Notes: generated by a model from the letters alone, not told the origin. A stretch of 64,000 bases of DNA from Octopus sinensis (GCF_006345805.1 NC_043000.1:99696001-99760000), one strand, 5' to 3'. Shown: positions 11,152 to 25,396, numbered from the stretch's first letter. A program made the numbers and translations.

Positions 11152-11193
<42 letters not shown>

Positions 11194-11494
11194 TTATTTT
11201 TGTATTTGTGTATATATATCTATATATGTAGGTATGTATGTATATAGTTGTTGAATGTTTCCATTATTATGAGTACATTCATAGACATATATACATTGGG
11301 TGTGCATGTAAACATGCACATATATATATATATATATCATTAAGTTGTTGGTATGCTAATAATGCTTAGTTTCATTGCTATAATATACTATAGACTATAT
11401 CTATAGATTTATTAGCCAGCGCTCTATGTTACGGTAAGTGTAAACATTGTATTTATATACTTAGAGTGCTTACAGACAGAAAAGGAATGTTTAG

Positions 11495-11569
<75 letters not shown>

Positions 11570-11606
11570 ATATATAAATATATATAAATATATATAAATA
11601 TATATA

Positions 11607-11666
<60 letters not shown>

Positions 11667-12017
11667 ACTCTTCTTACACACACCACACACACACTTGAAT
11701 GTGTGTGTGTATATATACTTTATATTTATAACTTTATATATATATATATATATATATAGGATATAAGCTCTGCTCACTTTCCTTTTTCCCCTCGTCTTAT
11801 CTTAACCTCGCTGTAGGTCTCTGATCAAAGCAATGGATGCTCCATTCTCCATCGTATTTCTACTGTACTCATTCTGTCGCTTTTTCCAAATAATGTAAGT
11901 GTTGCTGATGCAGATCACTGCTCATCTCTTTTGGATTCTGTTTTATCTGATATCCTTTTATCCTGTGTTGTTTCTCTCATTAGACTGAGTCCATACTGGG
12001 GCTCTGCCTTAAAGGGC

Positions 12018-12335
12018 TTAGTCAAACAATTTGACCCTAGTATTTTTTTGCTTTTCAAGCCTGGGTCTTATTTCCCTTGGTCTCTTTTGCTGAATCACTA
12101 AGTTATCGGGGACAAAAACAAACCAATACTGGTTGTCAAGTAGTGGTGGAGGACAAACACAAAAGCTCACACACACGCACATATATGCAACCGGCTTTTC
12201 AGTCTCCATCAGCCAAATCCACTGAGAAGGCTTTGGTCAGCCTGAGGCTATAATAGAAGACACTTGTTCAAGGTGCTACACAGTGTGATTAAACCATGTG
12301 GTTGGGAAGCAAACTTCTTACCACACAGCTATCTT
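12018..12335 (-). mobile_element. SINE family A
   Basis: Head (GCTGTGTGGTAAGAAGTTTGCTTCCCAACCAC) and tail motifs present in reverse complement. Confidence 0.8.
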
Positions 12336-12341
12336 TGTTCC

Positions 12342-12398
<57 letters not shown>

Positions 12399-12574
12399 AT
12401 GCATTTACATAGTCAGCTCATACATTTATCAATAAAATGGCTATATGAGCAGTTGCCTTATTTTTTTCCAATACCTGCCAGCTCTAAAGAGTACAGGGTA
12501 TTACTTAACCATGCTGTTATCCAATACCCAGTGTGAAAGATCAGCTATAAGGGATTTGTGATACTGTACCTTTT

Positions 12575-12625
<51 letters not shown>

Positions 12626-12869
12626 TATATATATATACACATATATATATACACATACATACATACATGCACACACACATCAGATAAGGCAGAAACCCAA
12701 AAGGCAGGCAGTGAGGTTTGCTTCAATACAACAAATATTATTTGGAAATGGTGATAGGAAGTATACAGTGGAATTGCTATGGGGAATGGAGTATCCAATC
12801 TTTTGAGCAGACTTGTTTTTGCTGTTGCTGCTGCTGCTGTTGTTGTTCTTCTTCTTCTCCTCCTCCTCC

Positions 12870-14275
12870 CTGATAACAGGCGGGTAAAATGCAAGAACAG
12901 CAAATTTCTGCGTCCCTTATTTGAGTGAATATCTGTAACTGATTAGTGAATGCAAGAGAATGTGAGCCCTGTATGTGGGCAGGGAGTAGTAGGAGAGAGA
13001 AATTGTGTCATATAAGGAAAAGAAAAGAGAAATGAAAAAAATGGAGAAGAAGTAGATGAGGGTGAAGTAGAGAGGAAAATTGAGGTGAGTTGGGAACTGA
13101 AGGATTAGAATGGGATTAATGAACGATGTGTAGGAGTAGAAGAAAAAAATGTAATGGTCAGTTCAACCTGTTAATAACATGGTTCTATGTTTGAATATAA
13201 AATATTTCTTCCATTTCTTTGGGTATGCAGGTCTTGGTGTGCAGAGTTGCCACATACTGTTCAACCTGAATGGAATGGCTTGTTGTGTTGAGGTGGATGG
13301 TAACGGTTGGCATGACATGGTATAATGTACTTCCAATGTGTTCCCAAAAGTGATTGGCAATGGATAGCCTGGTTTTCCCATGTAAAGTGCGCCATGATAT
13401 TCACAAGTGATGCAATATACAAATTGGGAAGATGTGTAGTAGAAGGTTTGGGTAATGTGGTACTGTGATTTAGGCCCAGTTGATGGTTATAGTGTTATTA
13501 ACCCTTTTGTTACCAACCCAGCTGAAACTGGCTCTGGCTCTGAGTACAAATGTCTTGTTTTCATAAATTGTAAATTAATATCTCCCACCAAACCTTAGTC
13601 GCAATTTATGTTCCTAACACTAGCTGAATGATAACAAAGTTATTTTACTAAATTCTTTGTTATATTTAAAGTAATTGAAAGAAACCCAAAGCATCTCAAA
13701 ATAAAAACAGTAATGAAAGGGTTAAAGTAAGGGCAGATGTTGAATTGTTGATGAATGCACTTAAAAGTATGTGTGGTTATGTATGGCTGTGTCTTATGGA
13801 GCTTCTAACTAGGAGATTGCTAAGGTTCATATCTGTTTTGAAGGTGAAAATAGGTGGTGCAGGAAAGATCAAGACAGTTGTGGGATCAGAAAGTAGGGTT
13901 CAGATGTGTATGAGTTTGTGCTTCAATGGCAGGATGGATGAGTCAAAGGTGAGAGAGAATGAAATCCAGTGTGTGGGCATGCATAAGGTGAGAGTTGGAC
14001 ACTGGCGGTACAGTCAATGGTCTGGGCCTGGCAGAGTTCAAGATCCTCATTTGATCGAGAGCATCTTCAGTTCAAAGAGATACAGTGCATTCTTTCACAT
14101 TTGGGGTCAAAATGCAAATGAATTCTACAAAGCTGGGGAAACCAAAAGAACTGAGAGAATAGTATGACAGATTAAGTGGGTTTGAGGTGAGAAGGGTAGT
14201 GGAGATAAAAGTTGGGGTCAGTAGGCTTGTAATAGATGGAGGTATATAAGTGAGCACTTTCTGCCATTAATTTCA
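12870..14275 (-). mobile_element. Penelope-like retroelement relic (RT thumb + GIY-YIG + pyrimidine-rich 3' region)
   Basis: Hand translation LYTSIYYKPTDPNFYLHY (RT C-terminus, ~14200-14270) and SSQFVYCITCEYHGALYMG (GIY-YIG N-terminus, ~13375-13435); frames broken. Confidence 0.75.
13502..13721. mobile_element. piggyBac-type MITE inserted in the Penelope relic
   Basis: TTAA|CCCTTTTGTTAC...GTAATGAAAGGG|TTAA; TTAA TSDs at 13498-13501 and 13722-13725. Confidence 0.85.
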
Positions 14276-16371
14276 TTGTAATTATATATAATACCTCAAG
14301 TGGTATATGTTGGGGTTGCATCAAATGCAATATATCATCAATTAAGAGATTAGTACAAAATTAACTCAGATTAACTCAGATTACTCTGTCTAATGTTATG
14401 CTTATTGAATCACACTGTTTCCAGTTTGTAATGCATTATCTCATAGATTTGGGATTTTGATGATGTGAATGCTTATTTTCAGAATGACATTGTTGGATAT
14501 GTGTGAGAGGCTGAATCTGGCTGGTTTGAACATGAAACATGTAGAATATCTGGTCCAGATATGGCTGGCTTAAATATTAAAGGGTTAAGCATTAAAATAA
14601 GTTAAACAAATAGAAATAATAGGACCTGGAATAAGAAGTCAGAATAACATACTGCGTTTACTTGTGAATAAGTTACACTATTTTATATTTGCTTTTAACT
14701 GAAACCCCCCCCCCAAAAAAAAACAGTAGTGCATATTATACATGGGGCAAAACTGAAACTATGAAGGGAAAGAATTTTGTACCTAAATTTAACACTAAGT
14801 TAGGGGTGATATAGTCCTGTAATGTATTTTGTATTTTTTTGTTAATAATACACACCTTTTTTCTAGATTTGTGAACCTAAAATTTTACGGTTTGCATTCT
14901 ACATGAAAACCAAATGTTCCCTATTTTTATTTGACCATATATACGATAGCATAAATTATGACCATTGTCCAAGTGAATTGATGGGAAGTGAAGTCTTAAA
15001 TTATGTATGATAGTGTTAAAACAATAAATGGGCATTATATTTCATGAGAGCACCCATAAGGTTGTTTATTATCCTTGTAATACATGAAATAAACTAAGAG
15101 TTAAAAGAAAATCTGAAACAGAAATACTAAAATGACAAATCATACTCTGCATCTATTCATACATTGTTATGTGTCTCAGTTTGTGTATATTTACTGCCAT
15201 AAGACCATATACTTCTGAAAATTTTGATGTTTCAATAACCTGATATAATAGATAAATAACACAAAAGCAGTGCAAATTTTAATGTTAGCTTTAATAAATA
15301 TGCAACATCTATTGTTTAATGTTAAAATGATGTAATATACATACAATTTATTTTAAATGGTTTAAATGATTCTTAGCATTTATTCAACAATATACATTTA
15401 GTTAATTAAGTTTTTGTTCTCTAAATTAAATTAAAAGATTTATATTGTTAGATTCTGAATGCTTGATGTTTAAAACATATTAATCAAGAGATAGCTTTAA
15501 AAAGAAAAAAAGAATCATAGCAAAATGTTTGTGTTTGAAAAAAAAATCATTTCAGCATTTTTCTTATACACATTTAATTATTATTCATTTTGGTTATCAT
15601 GTAAACACAAATGAATAAATAAATGTTTGAAATAGGTTGTTGTTATAAAATACTGTTTTAATTTCTGAACATGAGCATTAAAAACATTTAGCTAACTTAT
15701 TATGCTAGCATTGTTGAAAGCAATACATTTCTTATGAAAATGAAAAATAGCTCGTTATGAAACAGAAAAATTGATTATTTATTTTTAAATTTTCAGGAGA
15801 GAAATTTATGAATGGAGGTGTATTATAAGAAGTAGTATTGAATTTCTGATGTTCAAAACTTATAAACCCCAAGTCCATTCTGGGGTGAAGGAGGAGAATT
15901 CTGCATGATTCACCTGTTTTGAAGTATTTACTTGTTCATTTTGGTAATTCCAGAGACCCAAGTTAATTCTTATATTTCCCATTTTGGTGGTTTCATTTTT
16001 AATTCCAAATTTCCTTAATAATTACAGTAAAGAAAATCCAATCCATGTTATCCTTGAGATATATTATTTCTAGCATTTTGTTGCCCCCCAAATAGTGGTG
16101 TACATTATACATTATCATTTTTGATGTCCATTTTTTCATATTTTCATTGGTCAGACGTAATTTATGGAGGCAGAGTTTTGTTATGGCTGAATGCCCTTCT
16201 TGTTGCCAGACCTCACCTGTTTTCAAGCAAGGTAATATTTTTCAGTGGCTAGACATGTTCTCACAGAATATTGGAAATGAATGACGCAGCTTTTATGACA
16301 GTGGCACACACTCACATCTATCACATGGTATCATGACAAAAAGACACATAGATGCACAGGCACACATACAA

Positions 16372-16515
16372 CAGACTTCTTTTAGTTTCCATCTACCAAA
16401 TTCACTCTCAAGGTTTTGACCAGCCAAGGCTATGGTAGAAGACACGTGCCTAAGATACTACACAGTAGGAACCATGTGGTTGGAAAGCAAAAACTTCACA
16501 TCACACAACCTTGCT
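16372..16515 (-). mobile_element. SINE family A, 5' half
   Basis: Reverse complement of the tRNA-like head and the CORE-like CTTGGGCAAGTGTCTT segment, degenerate. Confidence 0.7.
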
Positions 16516-16729
16516 TGTAACTATACAAGTGGATTATATATAAATAAAACATGGGGAGATATAATTTTCTCAGGACAAAATTGTAATCATGTGATTTACA
16601 TGCTGTTGTCTTTAGAATAGGTGAACTTTTATGGCCTAAACTAGTTAAGTTAAAAATGACAATTTCAAATCTATGTTTATTTTGTATACAATACATAAAC
16701 TTTTCCCAATGCATTTTGTTCAGTAATTA

Positions 16730-17451
16730 TAATAATCTGATTAAATACTCTTTTCCCATACAATCTGCTTGTTTAAGTTTGTAAATGTTGCCGTAATCCT
16801 TGCTTTCAGTTCATCTTTGGTGTTACAAGGAGTTTTGTTGGTCTCTCGTTCAACTGTGCACCATACATAATATTCAAGTGGGTTGCAGTCTGGGGAGTTA
16901 GGTGGCCAAATGTTAGGAGTGATGTGGTTGCAGAAATTGTCTGACAGTTATGACTGGGTTCTCCTGCTTGTGTAGCTTGGTGCAAAGTCTTGTTGCCAGA
17001 CATAGGGTCTTCCAGCAGCTATCCTCTTGACCCAGGGTAGTATTACTTCCTCCAGGCACTTGATGTAGGCCTCTCTGTTGAGTCTGAGGCCTTTTGTGAA
17101 GATGAATAGAGGCATAACGTTGCCATTACTAGAGATCACTCCAAATACCATGATATTGATTGGATGTTTGATTTCTATCATTCTTGGTGCATGTCCTCAG
17201 ATTATTGTATCCTCAGATTTACATCCAAACTCTCTGAAATGTTTGTATTGGAGCTTCCAGCACAAATGCCAAGCAGCTACAGCATGCAGTTTCCAAATTT
17301 CTGGCAGAGTGAATTGTATCATGGTGCTGCCTTTCTCACAGATGGTGCCCAACTGACCCTACTATACTGCATAGTCAACAGAATCAAAAAACAATACGCA
17401 ATGTGTGAAATTAAAAATATAAAATTGCAACAATTTACCCATCGCACTCTG
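16730..17451 (-). mobile_element. maT/DD37D-type Tc1-mariner transposon relic
   Basis: ORF 16948-17181 KHPINIMVFGVISSNGNVMPLFIF...LNREAYIKCLEEVILPWVKR...YVWQQDFAPSYTSRRTQ; one probable TIR (CAGAGTGCGATGGG) at 17451; partner TIR not found. Confidence 0.75.
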
Positions 17452-17685
17452 TGTGTATATGTATGTGTGTGTGTGTGTGTATTTGTGTATGTGTGTCTAT
17501 CGCTTGACAACCGACGCTGGTGTGTTTATGTCCCCGTAACTTAGCAGTTTGGCAAGAGTTCAATAGAATAAGTACTAGGCTTACAAAGAATAAGTCCTAG
17601 GGTTGATTTCTTGGACTAAAAACCCTTTAAGACGGTGCTCCAGCATGGTCACAATCAAATGACTGAAACAAGTAAAAGAATGAAA
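17452..17685 (+). mobile_element. SINE family A, 3' half
   Basis: CGCTTGACAACCGACGCTGGTGTGTTTATGTCCCCGTAACTTAGC...AAATGACTGAAACAAGTAAAAGAA. Confidence 0.85.
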
Positions 17686-18011
17686 AATTGATTAGAATGC
17701 ACATTTTTTTTACAATTGCTTTTCCTGTGACCATAGTATGTGCATACAGAATGCATAATAAGTTTAATTATCAATTATTATGTTACTTTAGGCAAGAAGC
17801 CTTTTGTGCACAGATTAATGTTTTCTACACACATTCATTTCTTTCACACATATCTATTTGTTTTGTATGTTAATTGCAAAACTTGTGCATGTACACATGT
17901 ACAGCTTAGAGAGAACAGTGTTTAAAAGGTTTCGTCCTCGAAATTCGCTATCTATAATTACAAGTGTGTTTTATACTCAAATGTACATTGCATGTAAATA
18001 AATTCAGCATT

Positions 18012-18395
18012 GGTGCAGGCGTGACTGTGTGGTAAGAAGTTTGCTTCCCAACCACATGATTTTGGGTTCAGTCCCACTGTGTGGCACCTTGGGCAAGTGT
18101 TTTGTACTATAGTCTCAGGCTGACCAAAGCCTTGTGAGTGGATTTTGTAGATGGAAACTGAAAGAAACCTGTCATATATGCTTTGTGTGTGTGTGTATTT
18201 GTCCCCCTGTCGTAGCTTGACAACCAATGCTGGTTTGTTTATGTCCCTATAGACATAAGAGACTTATAGAATAAGTACTAGGCTTACAAAGAAGCAGTCC
18301 TGGGGTCAATTTGTTTGTCTAAAACTCTTCAAGGCCATGCTCCAGCATGACCACAGTCAAATGACTGAAATAAAAAATAAAAGAAATAAAAGAAT
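18012..18395 (+). mobile_element. SINE family A (tRNA head + CORE-like segment + internal (TG)n + tail), full length
   Basis: GGTGCAGGCGTGACTGTGTGGTAAG head, GGGTTCAGTCCC B box, GGCACCTTGGGCAAGTG CORE-like motif, A-rich end. Confidence 0.9.
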
Positions 18396-18768
18396 GTATA
18401 CATACATATGTGTGCATGCACACACACACACACGCACATACATACATACCAGGCCAAATGTTGTTTGGGACACAAGAAAATGTATATATCGTTGTAGAAA
18501 TCGGATGCTCTGCTAATGTGAATATCTCTGTGGTCTTCCCTGCGTGGCTAATAAAGAAATCTGTCTCTTCAAAACTCAGAGAAAGAGGATGGCAATGCAC
18601 AACTGCTTCAAAAACTTTCAGCTTCTATACCCATATTACAAATTCACATTTATACCAATAATGATTGGTTCACTTGGTTTTGTTGCATCTCTATGGTTAT
18701 TGACATAATATGCAAGAAAAGCTTTAAGACATGAAGACAATGCTTTTCAAAGTGTTCTCTAGGAAAAT

Positions 18769-19132
18769 GACTTGTCCCTCTGACAAGTCATCCTAATGAG
18801 ACGTCTGCATTGGCTGGGTCGTGCCCTCCGTCGTCAACCAGGAGAATTCATCTACAAAGCAATTGCCCCAGCTCCCTTTCAGGGTTGGCGAAAGCGATGT
18901 GGTGGACAATGAAAAACCTGGCTGATGACAGTCAAGGCTGATCTGGAACCCAACCTAGGGCCCCATATCTATGGCGTTCGCCGCTGGAATAAGGAGTGGT
19001 TGGAGATCATGCAGTCATTAGCCTCAAATCGTCAGGTCTGGTCGGCATTTGTGAGAGATGCAGCACTGAGGATGTATGAAGCCAGATGAACCCACCCCGG
19101 GTGAATGCTGTCTCAAGACAAGAAGAAGAAGA
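18769..19132 (+). mobile_element. 5'-truncated RTE LINE 3' end with TSD
   Basis: Encodes RLHWLGRALRRQPGEF...KTWLMTVKADLE...RRWNKEW; (GAA)n tail; 10-bp TSD CTAGGAAAAT at 18759-18768 and 19133-19142. Confidence 0.85.
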
Positions 19133-19904
19133 CTAGGAAAATCCCCAGAGTTCCATAAGGAAAGATGTCTTTTAATTAAATTTGATAGAAATTAAATTCA
19201 ATGAAAAAGGTGGTATTCACTGTATTTTATCTTTTGTTTTCTTAATATAAGTAACAGTACAGTCATGCTTCTCAGCTATGTGGCTTCGGGGTCAGTCCAC
19301 TGTGTGTCATTTTGTCTTCTACTCTAGCCTCAGGTTGACCGATGTGCTTTGAAGGAATTTGTAGAGGGGAAACTGAAAGACAGTTATGTGTGTGCATGCA
19401 CGTGTGAATGTATACAATCTGCAGTGACCTATGCCATAGATACCTGTGCTTATTACAATTTCCTATTAACATAATGTTTGCTAGCTCTGCACTTTTGACT
19501 TTCTCTGTAATTAATTTCCCTTACTTGAAAAACTAAGGTTGATAGCTAGAAGAGTATCCAACTGTAAAAACCCCGCCTTGATTACCTCCCCTCTAACCCT
19601 TGCTAGTATGGAAAAATAAGCATTAAATGAAATAGTAAATGGAATTCCCTCTCAAAAACTATTTTTGTTTCATTTAATCTTTAATATTTGAATGATGAAA
19701 GTTCTCCATTATGTATAAATATGGGTTACACAGTTTTTGAACAATCATACATGTTTAAGGTCCATTGCTTTAAAATGTTCAGTACTTACAAGTAATAAAG
19801 CAAAAATGATATAATGACATATATGTGTTTTAAATAGCAATTATTATTCTTCTATACTGTTGTCATTTCAATATATATATAAAATGTATATTATATTTCT
19901 GTAA

Positions 19905-20240
19905 TGAAGGTGCATGTGTCAGTGTTTAGAACGTTGGGCTCATAATCATGAGGGAGTAAGTTTGATTCCTGGACTGGGCTCTGTGTTGTGTTCTTGAGCA
20001 AGCCACTTTATTTCATGTTACTCCTGTTCACTCAGCTGTAGAAATGAATTGCGACATCACTGGTGCCAAGCTGTATTGGCCTTTGCATTTCTCTTGGATA
20101 ACAGTGGCGGCATGGAGAAGGGAGAGTGGTATGCATTGGTGACTGCTGGTCTTCCATAAACAACCTTCTCCAGTCTTTTGCCTCAGTGGGAAACTTTCTA
20201 GGTGCAATCCCTTGGTCATTCATGATTGAAGGAGGTCTTT
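19905..20240 (+). mobile_element. SINE family C
   Basis: Colinear with 6244-6820 once the nested insert there is removed. Confidence 0.8.
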
Positions 20241-20294
20241 TACTTTACTTTTATATTTCTGTAACATGTTATAGAAATATTATATGTTTTGTGT

Positions 20295-20511
20295 TTTACA
20301 TGCTTCAGTCATTGGGCTGTGGCCATGCAAAAGTACTGCCTCAGAGTGTTTAGACAAATAAATTGACTCCAGTACTTACTTTTAAGTTTGGTATCTTTTC
20401 TATCAATCCCTTTAACCGAACTGCTAAGTTATGGGGGATGGAAACAAACGAATACTAGTTGTCAAGCAACAGCAGTGAACAAATGCAAACACAGACATTC
20501 ACACCTCCGCA

Positions 20512-20546
<35 letters not shown>

Positions 20547-20716
20547 GCACACACACAACTGGCTTCCATACAGTTTTTATCTACTAGGTTCTCTCAAGTC
20601 ATTGGTTGGGCCAGGTTGATAGTAGAAGACACTTGCTCAAGGTGCCATGCTGTGGGACTGAACCTGAAACCACGTGGTTGTAATAAAAGCTTTCTTAACC
20701 ATATAACCATACCTGT
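20295..20716 (-). mobile_element. SINE family A, full length
   Basis: Tail, internal (CA)n and head all present in reverse complement. Confidence 0.8.
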
Positions 20717-22169
20717 GTGTGTATGTGTGTGAGTGTATGTTATGCAATACATACAGTTCTTATCTACATATGTCCTTTTTCTACTCTTAACTTCAAATGC
20801 ATTCCAGATCCACGTTACGTTTCATCCTTCTGAGGTCAATAAAATAAGCGCTAGTCAATAAAATTAATGCTGAGAGGTCGATGTAATCAACTATACCTCA
20901 GAATGTAGCACATCTTCCCCTCCACCAATGTGGTCACAGCCCAGTGATGAAAACCAGAAAAAAGCAAAATAAAAACCAAAGCAAGACAAAAAACAAAAAG
21001 ACAAAAAAGCTATTTATAAAACATAGTGTAAACCTTCAAATGCAATAAGCTTGCAGTTAGTTATTTCCTTAGATTTTTTTTTATATTGCTGTTGTATTAT
21101 AAGGAGCTCCTTTTACTTATTTTTGTATTTACATTTGCATTCTTTTGATTTGAAATGGCTATTTTCAAATGGAAAGCACCATCAAGACTACCCACGTAGG
21201 GCAATGCTTGATGGAGGAATTGTAATATACTAAGGTTGTGAATATATTTTTATCGTGTCTGCATGCATAAAACTATTACTACTATTAATTCTTTTTTTGC
21301 TTTTCTTTCTTCTTCTTAGTTTACCTTATTATTTGTGGTATAATGAAAACTTTCTATGAAGGGGGGAGTGGGTTGGTGATATTCCTTTGATCTGAAGTGC
21401 TGTTTGTGAATGAAAACTATCATCACAAAAAAAAAAAAGCACTGCACAGTGGGGGGAAGGGAATTGCAAGATATTAAGTTGTCAATGTATTATTATTCAA
21501 TTTCTACCATGTGTGTGTTCAATAGTAATACCACTAAAAAATTGTTGTTTAGTCACAGATCAACTTTGATTGAGTAGATTTGTGATTAAAAGGTGTTCCA
21601 GCTGCGGACATCTCATATTTTTCTTAGGCACAATATACCAACGCTTGCATTATAATTCTGTATGTTGTTCCAATTTCGAAATAGCACGGTGTGATATGAT
21701 TAAGATTTGGATGCTATTTTTAGCAGATCAAACGAATGTGTAGTGGCACCCTAGTTGGCTCCCATATTAATATGTATACACCTACAATATAAATAATATA
21801 ATACTGCAGCTACGATTTGGCTTTCTCTAATCTTGCTCACAGATAATTCTGTCTGTCTGTCAACCTCTTTGTCTTTCTTGCTCATGTATACGTGTTACAC
21901 ACACATGTACACACTCAGTATTTTATTGAAGCTGAAAGAGACTTCGCAATCTGTTTACTCAGATTTCCTTCTAACTGATCACGAGACAGACATGAGTTAC
22001 AGTTCATGAAGTCTTTACAGTTTTAATAAAATACTCAAGTTTCGGGCCTTGTGCCTTGAGTAGAAAAGAATAAAGTGTTATTCTTTCTATCTTGTTTTTC
22101 ATTATGTGCCCACATGTCTGTGTGTGTGTGTGTGTGTGTGGTGTGTGTGTGTGTGTGTGTGTGTGTATG

Positions 22170-22201
<32 letters not shown>

Positions 22202-22221
22202 TACACATGTGATTGGCATAG

Positions 22222-22400
22222 ACATAGCTCTGGGTGCATGTATGGTAGTGTAGTTTAGATGTTTGCTTCCAAACCACATGGTTTTATATTCAGACTCACT
22301 GCATGCCAACTCGGGTAAGTGTCTTCTACTATAACTCCAGGCTGGTCAAAGCCTTGTGAGAGGTTTTGATAGTAGGAAACTGAAAGAAGCCCACCATGTA
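22222..22400 (+). mobile_element. SINE family A, 5' half
   Basis: TTGCTTCCAAACCACATGG...GGGTAAGTGTCTTCTACTATA...GGAAACTGAAAGAAGCCC. Confidence 0.75.
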
Positions 22401-22859
22401 TGTGTGTGCGTGTCTTTGTTAATATAAGATGCTGTTTGTATATATGTTTATATATGTGGAAGTATGCATTTATATATTGATGTATGTGTGTATGTATTTG
22501 TATATGTATATGTAAGAAAGTTAATATGAAAGGGTTAAAAATGCATTAAATATTGAAGGTGAATATATCTGTATTATATCTATTTATATGAAAATGATGG
22601 TATAAAAATGTTTTCATATAAAAGCTTTATTATACAGATATTAACGTATGTTTTCACAAAGTAAGTTTCGAGAAAAAAAAATAAGAGGTCGGAAAGACAA
22701 AGAATCACATTCTGTTGAAAAGTTTTTGTAATAAAAATTTTACTGAAAAAATTTTAGTGCATTGTTTTAACTAAGGAAGGAAAATCACATTTTACTGACT
22801 GGTTTACACTATCACCAGCTTTTACAGTTTAAAGTATGTTCTTTAATCCAATGGTCAAG

Positions 22860-23250
22860 GATCTGTGCAGCCTTGCTGATCAGTAGTGCAGGCAGTGATT
22901 GTTTTGGTCTTGTGTGCAGATGCCTTATTCTACAAGAACAGAAATTTCATATCACCAAAGAATCTGATATCTGACATATTCATAAAGTGTTTCAAGAATT
23001 TCCGATAGACTGCTGCATTGACTGTGGATCTGAGGAAACTGTTGTAGCAAGTGTGATATAATATGGTTACACACACCATCACTGTATGCAAGAATGTAGG
23101 AACTTGATGCTGGACACATCAACAGCTGCAGTTCTGTGCCTCTTCAGGTTTCTTCTAAACACAGCATGTGTTTTTGCTCACATCACATGCAATAACTTCA
23201 TCATCCAGGTAGCAAAAGAAAGGAAATTCATATTGAGCATAATGTATATT
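22860..23250 (-). pseudogene. Tc1-family transposase relic
   Basis: Hand translation VMV...FLRSTVNAAVYRKFLKHFM...FFGDMKFLFL*NKASAHKTK matches the Tc1 DDE core (TVNAAVY...FQQDxAPAH). Confidence 0.7.
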
Positions 23251-24138
23251 CTCTTGCAGGATGAAAGGAAGAATAAGGCGTAAACATTGAGCTGAAATTT
23301 CTTTGAAATTGAAATTTGTTCACTGTTGGTATGAATATAAACAATGTGTATCACCAGATTCTGATTAAATCCAAAACAGAAGTAGTATATATCAAATTTA
23401 TGTCTTTCAAAAAATATAAGATGAATTTAAAACCCATTGCTCTTAAGAACTTCTATATACCAATGATGTTGGTCTTATAACTGAATCTATTAAAAGAAAT
23501 TTCAGGTGGAGAAACAAAACCAAGAGTCAAAGAACCTGAAGATTAACATAGCAATTTAATACTCTCTCACATCTGCTATCTCTCTCATCATTGGCTATCA
23601 ATGCCCACACTCTCTTTGTCTCCCACTTGCTATGGCTACGACTATGCATCTCTGACTGCCATTTCTCTCCCCTTCCATTCTTACACCCTGCACATCATCT
23701 CTGTATTTTCTAATCTATCTACAGGTTTTCCCTTATTTTTTACTGATCTAAATGTTATATTGTTACTCTCCACCCCTCCAGTACTGTCACTTATTACCTC
23801 CTTTTTCCTTAGCTATTGCTTTTACCTTCTTACACTAATATTTACCATCAACCATACTTTTCACTGCATTAACCACTACTGCCCAATCTCTAACCACCTG
23901 TCTCCCTCTTCTCAAATTCCCATGTACTTATCCACCCTTCTTCCCCTGACACTTATTCTGCATTCGCTCTTATAATTGCTTTTTCTTGTCTTTTGAGAGT
24001 GCACTCTAGCACCTTGTCACCATCTTTATCTCCTTTCCAGCTGCTCCTCCATACTCCTATGTAATGTGAGCTAGCAATGTATCTCTTCTACAAGAAGTCA
24101 CCTGTGCCTGACCTATCATACTTTTAACCTCTGAATAC

Positions 24139-24372
24139 CTATTTCTTTACTACCCACAAGGGGCTAAACACAGAGAGGACAAACAAGGACAGACAAATGG
24201 ATTAAGTCAATTTGAATGACTCCAGTGCGTAGCTGGTACTTATTTAATTGACCCCAAAAGGATGAAAGGCAAAGTCGACCTCGGTGGAATTTGAATTAAG
24301 AACATAGCGGCAGACGAAATAGCGCTAAGCATTTCGCTCGGTGTGCTAACATTTCTGCCAGCTCGCCACTTG
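24139..24372 (-). mobile_element. SINE family B, full length
   Basis: Reverse complement of 57237-57465. Confidence 0.9.
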
Positions 24373-25094
24373 GCAATAATGTCTCCTATCCCTCTACAAG
24401 AACCTCACTGAGTTGAGGATGTCCTTTTTTCTTTGTCTTGCAAATTTCTTGGTGATATTACTAGTACTGGTGTCATGGAGAAAGCAGCCAGTACTCTCTG
24501 TAAAGCAGTTGGCATTAGGAAGGGTATCCAGCTTGTAGACCCCATGCAAAAATAGACATTGGTGTTTCAAGCAGTCATCCAGCTTGTTGGATCCTGTCAA
24601 ACTGTTCTGTCTATGTTAGCATGGAAGGTGGAAATAATATGAGGATATGATGAATTTAGTCTTGTAAAGTGCTCAATGTGCTTGAGACATAGAGTAACAG
24701 ATAAATCCATGTAAAATTCTGTACACTACCTGAATTATAAACATTGAGAGCTGTATAACTTGAAATGAAAAGCTAATATATTATGCACACAAACACAGTC
24801 ACATAAACATGCGCGTACACACGCACACGCACTCACACTTGCGCATACATACAAAGAAGTGTGAGAGCAGGAAAAATATGGGTGGAAGTATTTATAGCTT
24901 ATGTGTGTGTTTGTGAGTTGTGGGTAGATGTCTTGATATATATATATGTGGTTCTGTGTGTGTGTTTGTGTGCAACTATATGTAAATGTATTTTGATGTT
25001 TGAGGAAAACCTGTCTTCTTAGTACATTTGTTCATTTAAAACTTTCCTCTCTTTCTTCCTTTCTCTCTCTGTCACAGTGAGTACATCTTTCTCA

Positions 25095-25131
<37 letters not shown>

Positions 25132-25354
25132 ACTCCCTCTATTTCTTTCTTTCACTCTTTTCCTTTTATTCTTCTGGTTCACCTCTTCAAAGTGTTCTTG
25201 ATTTCCTCTTTATCTACCCTACTTAAAGTACTGATGGCTTGTAGAAGTGAACCTTTGAGGATATACATATGTGTGTGTGTATTATATGCATCAGTATATG
25301 TATGTATGTATGTATGTATATATATATTTATATGCATCAGTGTATGTATGTATA

Positions 25355-25396
<42 letters not shown>

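Noticed and set aside
13745-14167. 140-aa plus-strand ORF
   Set aside because: It is antisense to the Penelope RT relic and has no independent features.
15797-15817. Possible 21-nt plus-strand micro-exon (TTTTCAG|GAGAG...GGAG|GTGTAT)
   Set aside because: The donor is weak and there are no neighbouring exons to support it.
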